This document shows, piece by piece, positions 46,059 through 54,728 of a stretch of DNA of 64,000 nt. The number at the start of each line of letters is the position of its first letter. Position 1 is the first letter of the stretch. Under the pieces are notes generated by a model, which was given only the letters and a program-made list of their open reading frames with translations, ran no database searches and had not been told where the DNA came from. This stretch comes from a virus. Lineage: Duplodnaviria; Caudoviricetes. The stretch covers positions 1,224-65,223 of the IMG/VR virus record IMGVR_UViG_3300036835_000480; one strand, given 5' to 3'. The position numbers and the translations under genes were made by a program.

Positions 46059-46763
46059 ATGCCTCATCAGTCTACCAAGCTCCTCCGAGCCTGTGAATAC
46101 TGCGGTAGTTCGTTTTCTATCTACCCCGCCTGGCTTAGACTTGGTGCAGGCCGGCATTGTTCCAACGTATGCGCGGGCCGGTCACGCCGACGCTCATTAG
46201 CCGATCGCCTCTGGGCGCGCGTGGTGAAGACTCCCACTTGCTGGCTCGTAAGCGGCCATCTGCTGCCTAGCGGGTATGCGCGAGTTATGCGTGGCGATGG
46301 CGATCGGACTAGTATCAGCGCACATCGGGCAGCCTGGATGCTCGCCAGCGGAGCCACGATCCCGCCTGGATACTCGGTGCTCCATACTTGTGACAATCGC
46401 GCCTGCGTCCGCAATGATGAGCCCGGTATCTATATCATCCACGGCGTTGAATATCAGCGGTGGGGGCACCTGTTTCTCGGGACCCAGCAACAGAATATCC
46501 ACGATATGTATTCCAAAGGACGCGGCTACAGTCGGACCGAGTGGCATCGGGAGAGCGCCAGGGCGCATCTCGCCGAGGTGCGTAACCGCGCTCGTGGAGA
46601 AGCACATCATCGGGCTCGGCTGACGGAAGCACAAGTCTTAGCCATCAGGGCCGAGTATCTACCCTTCAAGATGACTGCTCGCATGCTTGCCGCTCGCTAC
46701 GGGGTCAGCATCCCAACTATCAGGTTTATCCTACGGCGACGTATCTGGCAGCATCTGCCCTAA
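46059..46763 (+). CDS. free-standing HNH homing endonuclease
   Basis: CWL...GY...AHRAAW...VLHTCDNRACV...HLFLGT.QQN..DM..KGR; GE.H.RARLT HTH. Confidence 0.9.
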   Translation: MPHQSTKLLRACEYCGSSFSIYPAWLRLGAGRHCSNVCAGRSRRRSLADRLWARVVKTPTCWLVSGHLLPSGYARVMRGDGDRTSISAHRAAWMLASGATIPPGYSVLHTCDNRACVRNDEPGIYIIHGVEYQRWGHLFLGTQQQNIHDMYSKGRGYSRTEWHRESARAHLAEVRNRARGEAHHRARLTEAQVLAIRAEYLPFKMTARMLAARYGVSIPTIRFILRRRIWQHLP

Positions 46764-47431
46764 TGCCCAACACCGCGCACGGTATTGATAACCGCCTGTC
46801 CCGACTGTGCTGCTGCCCCAAATCCTTCTTGATCCGTAGCAAGGTGCGTATTCACCATGCTATCCAGCGCGCTCTGCATCGCGTCCATGCAATCGCCCTG
46901 GATATACCCCAACTGGTTGATCAGGGCTTCGACTTCGGCGCTGCTCACATCGTCCTCCTCGTAGGGCATGACAACCATCGAGAATGGACCCAGGCCCTCG
47001 AACTGGGCGCGGCTCATCGCCTGTCCGACGCCCTTCCAGCCAGGCGCACTATTCGCCAGCGCCAGCGTGCCGTCCGCATTGATTCCGCGGCAGCCGCACC
47101 AGTGGTACCAGCCGCGGCCCCCGAGCAGGACCGGATACGTCCCGGCTAGCGCCAGCACGTTCTCCCACGTCGCATAGGCGATATTCGCCGCGGGTACCGC
47201 GTAGTGCTCCTGGATGTACTGCACGAGCCCAGCGCCCGAGGCGTCGAGCAGCCCGACCGCCGGGTCTACCGGCCACGGCGACATGTCCGCCACCAGGGCA
47301 GCTTTATCCACCTCGTAGCCCAGACTCGTGAGCCCCCACCAGGTCGAACAGATCGAGCACGTCCAGTCGGTCATCTGGAGATGCACCGGCGCGCTCGCAT
47401 CGTACGGCTCGGGCGCGATCCCGTCACTCAT
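46760..47431 (-). CDS. putative endolysin, C39-like cysteine peptidase
   Basis: Q..DWTCS (Cys), WYHW (His), LANSAPG (Asn); follows tail genes and a holin-like gene. Confidence 0.7.
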   Translation of the reverse strand: MSDGIAPEPYDASAPVHLQMTDWTCSICSTWWGLTSLGYEVDKAALVADMSPWPVDPAVGLLDASGAGLVQYIQEHYAVPAANIAYATWENVLALAGTYPVLLGGRGWYHWCGCRGINADGTLALANSAPGWKGVGQAMSRAQFEGLGPFSMVVMPYEEDDVSSAEVEALINQLGYIQGDCMDAMQSALDSMVNTHLATDQEGFGAAAQSGQAVINTVRGVGH

Positions 47432-47435
47432 CCCC

Positions 47436-47636
47436 TTACGCCTCGCGCTCCCGGCCCAGCGCTTCGCGCATCGTCGCGCGATACTGCGCCGCTTCCTCCG
47501 TCAGGCGCTCGATCTGGGCGCTCATCATCTTGCTGTAGGCGAACCAGAGCGCGCTGATCGCTCCCGCCAGCGCGACGAGCAGCGCGGTGATCACAGTGAT
47601 CTCCCCGCCCGAGAAGCAGACCGGCCCGCTCTCCAC
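47436..47636 (-). CDS. putative holin-like TM protein
   Basis: one TM helix plus charged coiled-coil, directly upstream of the endolysin. Confidence 0.55.
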   Translation of the reverse strand: MESGPVCFSGGEITVITALLVALAGAISALWFAYSKMMSAQIERLTEEAAQYRATMREALGREREA

Positions 47637-47684
47637 CGCCCCCTCCCTACGCCGCGCCCCGCGCGCCGCGCATCGCCGCCCGCC

Positions 47685-47978
47685 TTAATTCGGCGCCCCG
47701 GCGTAGGCGTTGAACAGGCTGATGACGACGAACTCCAGGTCGTTGTCCGGGCTGTCCGCCGTGATTACCGGGTTCGTGGCCACCCCCAGCGCCATATTCA
47801 TGCCGTGGACCTCCGGCTGGAGTAGGCACTGGTTGGCGTACGCCGTGCGCTCGTCGTGGTGCAGCGTCGTGCGGTCCTCGGCCATTACGTCGATAGACAC
47901 TTTCGTTAGCGCCATCGTCACTCGCTGCTGAAAGACCGGATCGTTCGCCAGCGCGTAGCCCTCCTGAAAGCTGCTCAT
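47685..47978 (-). CDS. hypothetical tail-module protein
   Basis: ATGA overlap, 97 aa. Confidence 0.65.
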   Translation of the reverse strand: MSSFQEGYALANDPVFQQRVTMALTKVSIDVMAEDRTTLHHDERTAYANQCLLQPEVHGMNMALGVATNPVITADSPDNDLEFVVISLFNAYAGAPN

Positions 47979-48271
47979 GGCGGACTCGCAATCTGGCGCT
48001 CTTGCGCGAGCGCCGCCTTCGCCGCTAACCGCTCGTCGAGCGTCGGCGTGGGTGGTCTCGTCGGGTCGTGCGCCGCGACGACGGCATCGACCTCAGCCAC
48101 CGGCGTCGCCTCCGGCCAGGTGATCTGTACGAACGTCGCGTCCCCCTCGACGCTATAGTGCGCCGTCCGCTCCCCGGCCGCGTTCGTCGTCGTCCACGCC
48201 GGGAATGCCGCGGCTAGCTCCTCCGTGAGCTTGGGTAGGCGCACTGGCGTGTCATAGCGTTTCGTCGTCAT
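47975..48271 (-). CDS. hypothetical tail-module protein (possible fibre chaperone)
   Basis: LTEEL...VVAAHDP; follows the fibre gene. Confidence 0.6.
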   Translation of the reverse strand: MTTKRYDTPVRLPKLTEELAAAFPAWTTTNAAGERTAHYSVEGDATFVQITWPEATPVAEVDAVVAAHDPTRPPTPTLDERLAAKAALAQERQIASPP

Positions 48272-49644
48272 TGGCTGCTCAGTCGCACACAGGCAAAGTA
48301 CGACTCTGCCGCACCGACGGTGATCGCGCCGCCGCTGTTTTGATAGAAATCGACGTTGACCCAGGCCCCCACGTTCAGGCGCGCCAGTCCCACGATGCCC
48401 ATCCGCGGGTAGGCCGACGCTGACGGCGCCACCGCATTGCCCCCAATGACGAGCCCGCTATCCGTCACGAACCGCCCCAGGCGGGTGCCCACCGCGCTGA
48501 GATTGTTGATCTGGAGCAGCGCCGTAAACAGATACAGCCCCCCGAGTCCGGTCGGGATCGTAATCCGATCATTGTTCGTCGCATTGTCATGGAACGCATC
48601 CGTATCGCTAAACTCCGTATTCCAGGTAATCGGCGTAAAGACCGAATCGTTCACGCTCTGATCGCCGCCGCTCTTCGCCACGATCGCGTAGGGGCTGCGC
48701 GGCAGATCGCCGAGCGCGATCGCCGCCAGCGCGTGCGCGTGGTCGCGCCGCGCGGCGACGCCCGCGCTCCCGACGGCGCCCGCGCCGCCGTAGGCCAGCG
48801 CCGGCGGCAGCGTGGCGTCGAAGAGCGGCAGCGTGGCATCCGATCGCAGCAGCGTCGGCGCACTGCCGGGCGCCGCGGCGGTGCCGAAGACGAGCGCCGG
48901 CGTGGCGAACGCCTCGCGCCCGTGTTTATGGTCGCTCCGCGCTACCGTCGTCGCGCTACCCGCCGCGGCGGCATCCCCGACCGCGCTGGTGCCGGGCGTC
49001 CCGAAGGCTTCGCGCCCGTGCTTATGATCGGCGCGCGCCAGCGTCGTCGCGGTGCCGTCCGCCGCCGCATCGCCGACCGCACTGCTCCCCGGGCTGCCGT
49101 AGCCCGGCATGGGGTTCGCCGGCATCCCGTGCTTGTGATCCGAGCGCGCATCCGTCGTCGCCGTCCCTGCCGCCGGACTATCCCCGAACGCCGCGGTGCC
49201 GGGCGTGCCATAGCCTTCCCGCCCGTGGACGTGGTCGCTGCGCGCCAGCGTCCCCGCCGTCCCGGCGCTCGCGCTATCCCCGACCGCGGAGTTACCGGGC
49301 GTCCCAAACGCCTCGCGCCCGTGCCGGTGGTCGCTGCGCGCGAGGCTCGCTGCCGCCCCCGCCGCGGCGCTGTCCCCCGGTGCGGAGCCGCCGGGCGTGC
49401 CGAACGCCTCCCGCCCGTGCGTGTGCTGGCGCCGCGCCGCGAACCCGTCCGCCGCGCCGGCCGCCGCCGCATCACCGGGCGCCGAGGTCGAGGGCAGCGT
49501 CGTGTCGTCGAAGGCCACGCCTGGATCGCCCGGGGGGCCCTGTGGGCCGGTAGGGCCGGGGGCGCCGGGGCTTCCCGCCGGGCCCGTGGCCCCATCTGCC
49601 CCAGGCGGACCCGCGATGTTACCCGTAAGCGTCCAGACCATCAA
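48268..49644 (-). CDS. tail fibre protein with collagen start, DHxH repeats and C1q-like tip
   Basis: ARSDHxHGREAFGTPG repeats; ITWNTEFSDTDAFH...RITIPTG.GGLY. Confidence 0.8.
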   Translation of the reverse strand: MMVWTLTGNIAGPPGADGATGPAGSPGAPGPTGPQGPPGDPGVAFDDTTLPSTSAPGDAAAAGAADGFAARRQHTHGREAFGTPGGSAPGDSAAAGAAASLARSDHRHGREAFGTPGNSAVGDSASAGTAGTLARSDHVHGREGYGTPGTAAFGDSPAAGTATTDARSDHKHGMPANPMPGYGSPGSSAVGDAAADGTATTLARADHKHGREAFGTPGTSAVGDAAAAGSATTVARSDHKHGREAFATPALVFGTAAAPGSAPTLLRSDATLPLFDATLPPALAYGGAGAVGSAGVAARRDHAHALAAIALGDLPRSPYAIVAKSGGDQSVNDSVFTPITWNTEFSDTDAFHDNATNNDRITIPTGLGGLYLFTALLQINNLSAVGTRLGRFVTDSGLVIGGNAVAPSASAYPRMGIVGLARLNVGAWVNVDFYQNSGGAITVGAAESYFACVRLSSQ

Positions 49645-49648
49645 AAAC

Positions 49649-49748
49649 TCCCGTCTGGACGCCGAATTCGGGTATACTGTAAATACCTGAATAGCCCCGC
49701 GGCGCTAGAGACGCCCGGGGCCGCGGCACCCCAACGTTGGAGGTTAGG
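49649..49748 (+). promoter_or_regulatory. endonuclease-cassette (partial) palindrome/-10 plus leader hairpin
   Basis: TCCCGTctggACGCCG-8-TATACT; hairpin 49694-49721. Confidence 0.68.
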
Positions 49749-50342
49749 ATGCTTCCGCAGTCTACCACGCCCCATCATTGCGCGGTCCCCACCTGCACGC
49801 GCGCGCCTCGTGGCGGTCGCCAGTATTGCTCCTTGCATTACGGTCGGCTGCGAGCCGGCCGCCCCCTCGACGCGCCGGTACGGGCCTGGTCGCATACGAA
49901 AGTCCCTTGCCTCGTGGCGGGCTGCGCTACTCCCGGTCGCATCAATGGGTTGTGTCCGACTCACGCCAGTCGCCAGTGGCGTGGGGCCCCCTTGGAAGGA
50001 CCGATCCAACAAAAGCTGCGTGGCACGTTGGAGGAACGGATTGCGGCCTACTCGCATCGCGAGCCATCTGGTTGCTGGATCTGGGATGGCACACTGAACG
50101 AGCATGGCTACGGCGTCATCGGATACCGTGGGCGGATGCGGCGCGTCCACCGCATTACCTACCGCCTCGCTTATGGCGACGATGCGTTGCCTGAGGGCTG
50201 GCATATCGATCATTTTGTCTGCCGTACGCCTCGCTGTATCGAGCCCGAACACCTACGTGCACTCCCACAGAGCGGTCATAGCCGGCATCATTACGGTGAA
50301 CGCCTGATCGGTCCCGACGGTCGACTCCTGCCTAAGACTTAA
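49749..50342 (+). CDS. free-standing HNH homing endonuclease
   Basis: two C..P.C...C..H repeats; GCWIWDG...GYG...VHR..Y...IDHFVCRTPRCIEPEHL. Confidence 0.88.
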   Translation: MLPQSTTPHHCAVPTCTRAPRGGRQYCSLHYGRLRAGRPLDAPVRAWSHTKVPCLVAGCATPGRINGLCPTHASRQWRGAPLEGPIQQKLRGTLEERIAAYSHREPSGCWIWDGTLNEHGYGVIGYRGRMRRVHRITYRLAYGDDALPEGWHIDHFVCRTPRCIEPEHLRALPQSGHSRHHYGERLIGPDGRLLPKT

Positions 50343-51717
50343 GGTACGTATTTCCCGTATCCACATCTACGTATGAATCGCCGACGTGGCCCAGACTATC
50401 TGACGGAACGCCAGATCCCGATAACATCGCTGCACCCGCCGGCCCGGCTGGGCCTGGTGGTCCCGGTGGCCCAGGGCTCCCGCCGCCATCACCGCCGCCG
50501 CCCTGCGCCAGCAGGTCCCAGCTCTCGGGGTGTAGATCGGGCGGCGCGTTCTCGCTGATCGCCGTCGCCACGTAGGAGCTGCCGTTATAGGCGACGGCAT
50601 CGGGCGGCTGGTAGCGTATCGCGGCGCTCCAGTCGCCGCGCCAGACCAGCCCTGGCGGGCCGGGAACGCCGGCGCCGCCGCCCCCACCGCCGACGATGGC
50701 GACGCTACCGGGGGGGCCGGGCCGGCCCTCTGGGCCTCGCGGGCCCGGGCTGCCCGTCTCGCCGCGGGGTCCTTGCGGACCAGCCACGCCCGGCGCTCCA
50801 TCACGTCCTACAGGGCCCGGTGCACCATCGCGTCCAGCGGGCCCGCGGCTCCCCCGGGCGCCTGGCGCGCCGTCCTGTCCGTCCCGCCCCGGGGCGCCAT
50901 CCCGCCCGTCCTGGCCGTCCTTACCGGGGAGACCCCGCGGGCCACGCGGCCCGACCGGACCGACCTCGCCCGGCGCGGCGACGAGGTCCCAGGCGCTCGG
51001 CGTCTCGGTGGGCGGCTCGCCGCGCGTCGGCCGGCGCGCCACCCAGGCGCCGCCGCCGTAGCCGACGATATCGCCCGCGGCGTAGGGGGCGTCCGGCCGC
51101 CAGGCGCCGGCCCAGCGCACGGCCGACCCTCCCGCGAGGCCAGCCGGGCCGATCCTGCCTGGCGGCCCAGGGGGACCAGCAGGCCCGACCACACCCCGCG
51201 GGAGGGTCAGCGCGAGAATCGCCGCGTGCGGCGTGCCAACGTTGCGGACCGCGGCATCGCTGCCCGGCGGCCCGGTCGTCGTCGTCCCGACCTCGATGGT
51301 CGCCGCTTTCCCCGCCGCGCCATCCTGCCCCGGACTCCCATCCCGGCCCGCCGGGCCACTGGGCCCCGGCGGCGGGAGCGGCTGGAACGGTGGCAGCAGC
51401 GGCGGCGCGAGGAGCGAGGGGACCGCCGCGCGCTCGGCCGGCCCCATACGGGCCACCACGCGCGCGTAGCCGGGGAGCCCCGTACGCGCGATGGCGAGGC
51501 GGCTAGCGAGCTGGAGCAGCGCGGGCTCGTAGGGCTCCGCAGCCAGCGCCTCGGCGGCCGCGGCCTGCTCCAGCCCGGCGAGCAGGTGCCCGCTGGCCTC
51601 CGCCCAGCGGTCCGGGGCGAGGAGCCCCGCGGCCAGTTGATCGGTGAGGCTGCGGAGCGCGCCGCGCGTGCGGTCGATCTGCGCGGCGACCGCGCGCGCC
51701 CCGATGCAGACGGCCAT
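50332..51717 (-). CDS. collagen-like fibre protein with carbohydrate-binding-like repeats
   Basis: long Gly-X-Y tracts; W.G.W....Y..GD.V.Y.G..Y/W modules. Confidence 0.8.
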   Translation of the reverse strand: MAVCIGARAVAAQIDRTRGALRSLTDQLAAGLLAPDRWAEASGHLLAGLEQAAAAEALAAEPYEPALLQLASRLAIARTGLPGYARVVARMGPAERAAVPSLLAPPLLPPFQPLPPPGPSGPAGRDGSPGQDGAAGKAATIEVGTTTTGPPGSDAAVRNVGTPHAAILALTLPRGVVGPAGPPGPPGRIGPAGLAGGSAVRWAGAWRPDAPYAAGDIVGYGGGAWVARRPTRGEPPTETPSAWDLVAAPGEVGPVGPRGPRGLPGKDGQDGRDGAPGRDGQDGAPGARGSRGPAGRDGAPGPVGRDGAPGVAGPQGPRGETGSPGPRGPEGRPGPPGSVAIVGGGGGGAGVPGPPGLVWRGDWSAAIRYQPPDAVAYNGSSYVATAISENAPPDLHPESWDLLAQGGGGDGGGSPGPPGPPGPAGPAGAAMLSGSGVPSDSLGHVGDSYVDVDTGNTYLKS

Positions 51718-51736
51718 CGGCCGGCCCTCCCGCGCG

Positions 51737-52006
51737 CTATGATACCACGGGCGCCGGGTCGCCCGCGTCTGGGTGCGCCCCGTTCGCCGCCGCCGGGGGC
51801 GCCAGCCGCGCGTCGAGCTGGCGCCCGAGCGTCGCCAGCGTCCCGAGCGGCAGCTCGGGCCCGAGCGGCGGCAACCCGCTCGGCGCGCCGGCCTGCTCCA
51901 GCAACGTCTGGAGCCCGCAGGCCAGCCCGCACCAGGCCGCGGCGAGCTGCTGCGCGTGCGCCTTCTCGTGCAAGACCTGGATGACGAACTGGTCGCGGCT
52001 ATCCAT
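51737..52006 (-). CDS. hypothetical protein
   Basis: GAGGAGG RBS. Confidence 0.6.
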   Translation of the reverse strand: MDSRDQFVIQVLHEKAHAQQLAAAWCGLACGLQTLLEQAGAPSGLPPLGPELPLGTLATLGRQLDARLAPPAAANGAHPDAGDPAPVVS

Positions 52007-52018
52007 CGTCGCGCCTCC

Positions 52019-52987
52019 TCAGGCGTAGAGAAACTGGTCGCCGCCGCACAGGTCGGTCGCCACGCCGCTCGGCGGGTAGCTCGCTAGCAACACCGCCCAG
52101 GTCGTCGAGGTGTAGACCTCCAGCGAGCCCGTGAGCAGCCCGTCGCCGAGGGTCGCGATACTGATCGCCGCGCTGCCGCCGCTCTGCGTCGCGCTCGATG
52201 CGAGGAGCGTATGGCTCGCGTCGAACAGCCGCCAGGCTTGCGCCCCCGTGAGCCCGTTCACCGTGATCTGGTGGTCGCTGCTCACCAGCACCCAGTCCCA
52301 GAGGACGCTCCCGCCGCCGTAGGCCATCAGACCAGGATAGCCCGCCGCCGTCGGGCCGAGCGTGGGAGCGAACGGGACGGCCAGCGTCCCCAGCGCGGTC
52401 GTCGCGCTGTGGTCGAACCAGATCACGAACTGGCGCGTGCCCGTATAGCGGGCCTTCGCCGTGTGAAAGCTGCTGTTCATCGTACAGGTGAGGGTCCCGA
52501 CGCGCGCGTCGCTCGTCCCCGGCAGGGCGTGGTAGGCCAGCCACTTGTCCCCGTTGTTGGCGTCGAGATCGAGGTGCCAGTCGTTGCTGGCGTCGGCGGC
52601 GAGCAGGCGGAGCATCGCGTAGCGGCCGCCGGGCACCTGGAAGCGCGCCTCGTAGACGCCGCTGGTCCGCGCGGCGATGCCCGTCTGGCGGTTGCGGTCG
52701 AAGTTCCCGCCGCTGGTATTCGTGGCGAAGCCGCTGACGATCGCCCAGGTCCCCACGTCGTCGACCCAGCCGTTGTCGCCGCCGAGCGGGCGGTCGGAGC
52801 GACTGAAGTCGTCGTAGAAGACGATCCCCGACTGGGTGCGCGTCAGCGTCGCCGGCGGTGGGGCGCCCGGCAGGCCGAGCGCGCAGTCCGCGAGGTGCAG
52901 CCCGCGCGCGCCGCGCCGCCCGCGGTAGCCCCAGCGCGGGTACTTCAGCCGGTCGAGCGTCTGCGACTGGCCGCTCTTCCAGCTCAC
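52019..52987 (-). CDS. putative minor tail protein (lectin/beta-sandwich-like)
   Basis: FYDDFSRSD..LG...W....GTWAI motif. Confidence 0.6.
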   Translation of the reverse strand: MSWKSGQSQTLDRLKYPRWGYRGRRGARGLHLADCALGLPGAPPPATLTRTQSGIVFYDDFSRSDRPLGGDNGWVDDVGTWAIVSGFATNTSGGNFDRNRQTGIAARTSGVYEARFQVPGGRYAMLRLLAADASNDWHLDLDANNGDKWLAYHALPGTSDARVGTLTCTMNSSFHTAKARYTGTRQFVIWFDHSATTALGTLAVPFAPTLGPTAAGYPGLMAYGGGSVLWDWVLVSSDHQITVNGLTGAQAWRLFDASHTLLASSATQSGGSAAISIATLGDGLLTGSLEVYTSTTWAVLLASYPPSGVATDLCGGDQFLYA

Positions 52988-53310
52988 GAGCAATCCAGAG
53001 CGTCGGCGATGCAGATCAGCCCCGCCCCACTCGCGGCAAAGTAGAGCTTATCCGTCGGCTGCATCGGGAAGACCGGCAGGGCAACCAGGTCGTTCGCCCC
53101 GAGGGTGGCGTCGTAGGCGCGGTACTGGGCATCGACGGCCGCGGCGTCGGCGTACGCCTGGCGCACCCGAAAGGTGAGCGCGGCGCCGGTCTTGTTCGCC
53201 ACCCAGACGCGCGTCTCCCAGACATGGCTGGCCGGCACCGCGCCGCCAACGGCGACCTCCGCGCTGCTGCTCGGGGCGACGTGCCCGAGGTGGATCAGCG
53301 TTTGCGGCAT
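52984..53310 (-). CDS. hypothetical tail-module protein
   Basis: TGATG and GTGA overlaps. Confidence 0.65.
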   Translation of the reverse strand: MPQTLIHLGHVAPSSSAEVAVGGAVPASHVWETRVWVANKTGAALTFRVRQAYADAAAVDAQYRAYDATLGANDLVALPVFPMQPTDKLYFAASGAGLICIADALDCS

Positions 53311-54719
53311 CAGTACCCCCCATACCAGAGCGCGGTCTGTTGATCGGGGATCAGCGTTACCACGCTGGCGTTCGCCCCGCTATCGTCGGTCACCGTTACC
53401 AACGGGCCGACGAAGTTCAGCGCCGCCCGCGCCGGCAGCGGCGTGCCCTCGTCCCAGATGACGTGCCCCGGCTGCGGGCTTACTCCCCAGAGCGCATCGG
53501 TCCCGTTTGACTGGAGCACCTGCCCGCTCGGGCCCAGGCCCAGCCGCGTCGTCCCGCTGGCCCCGCGCACGATCAGGTCGCCGCGCGTGGTCATCGGGTC
53601 GGCAAAGCCGCTGGCGCTCGCCATCCACTTCACGGCATGGTCCGCCGGATCGACGCTCAGTACCTGCCCGTCGAGCCCCTTCCCGAGGCGCGCCGTGACG
53701 TTGCTGCCGTTGCGGTAGATCAGGTCGTAGGCGGTGGTCATCGGATCGGCGAAGCCGCCGCCGCCACCCGTCGGCGCCGCCCAGGCCGGCGCGCCGGCGA
53801 CCACCGTCAGGACCTGCCCCGCGGCGCCGATGCCCAGCCGGCCCGGCGCGCCGCCGGTCCCCGCGACGATTAGATCCGCAAGCGTCGTCATCGGGTTCGT
53901 CATGCCCGTGGGCGGGGCGGCCCAGGTAAGCAGCGAGCCCGTCACGTTGTCGTCCCCGTGCGCGGTGAGCACCTGCCCCGCGCTGCCGGGCACGAGCGTC
54001 TGAAAGTCCGAGCCGTTGTACTGGATGAGCGCGCCGACGCGCAGCCCGGTGGGGGCGATGATGCCGCTGCCCGGCGGGGTCGACGGCACCGCCGCCCAGG
54101 CCGGCACCGCACCGCTGCCGTTCGCCGTGAGGACGAACCCCGTCGTGCCGGGCGCGAGGTAGCTCCAGGTCGCCGTCGCATCCTTGAGCAGGACGGCCCC
54201 GACCGGTGCCCCGTGCGGATCGGCGATATAGTCCGGCGTCAGCCAGGCCGGCAGCCCGTTGCTGATCCCGAGCACTTGCCCCGCCAGCCCGATGCCGAGC
54301 CGCGCGGTGACGTTGGTGCCGTCACGATAGATCAGATCGCCCGGCGTGGTCGTCGGGTCAATGAGCGCGCCGGCCGCCCCGGGCGCCCAGGCTGGCAGGC
54401 CGCCAACCACGGTGAGCACCTGCCCGGCCGTGCCGATGCCGAGGCGGTCGGTTACGTTACTCGCGTTCCGTAGCAGCAGGTCGCCGGCCGTCGTCAGGGG
54501 GTCCGTTAGCGGGTCAAGCGCCTCCAGCGCTTTGAGCCGTCCTTCGACGCTCGGCGTCGCGGCCGGGTCGCTATCCGGCCCCACCTTGATCTCGATCCGC
54601 GCCAGCAAGTCGTACACCCAGTTGAGGTCGGCGGCCTCGACGATCGTACCCACGGTGCCGCTACCGTCGTCGTCGACCTCGTGCGCCCGCGTCTCGACGG
54701 GGCCCGTCGGCCAGGGCAT
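53310..54719 (-). CDS. tail fibre-like repeat protein
   Basis: repeats of DPMTT.GDLI.R....RLG.G..GQVL....G.PAW. Confidence 0.8.
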   Translation of the reverse strand: MPWPTGPVETRAHEVDDDGSGTVGTIVEAADLNWVYDLLARIEIKVGPDSDPAATPSVEGRLKALEALDPLTDPLTTAGDLLLRNASNVTDRLGIGTAGQVLTVVGGLPAWAPGAAGALIDPTTTPGDLIYRDGTNVTARLGIGLAGQVLGISNGLPAWLTPDYIADPHGAPVGAVLLKDATATWSYLAPGTTGFVLTANGSGAVPAWAAVPSTPPGSGIIAPTGLRVGALIQYNGSDFQTLVPGSAGQVLTAHGDDNVTGSLLTWAAPPTGMTNPMTTLADLIVAGTGGAPGRLGIGAAGQVLTVVAGAPAWAAPTGGGGGFADPMTTAYDLIYRNGSNVTARLGKGLDGQVLSVDPADHAVKWMASASGFADPMTTRGDLIVRGASGTTRLGLGPSGQVLQSNGTDALWGVSPQPGHVIWDEGTPLPARAALNFVGPLVTVTDDSGANASVVTLIPDQQTALWYGGY

Positions 54720-54728
54720 CGCCGCCTC

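Noticed and set aside
48268-54719. Diversity-generating retroelement acting on fibre genes
   Set aside because: No reverse transcriptase and no adenine-specific template/variable repeat pair was seen; the repeats are ordinary protein repeats.
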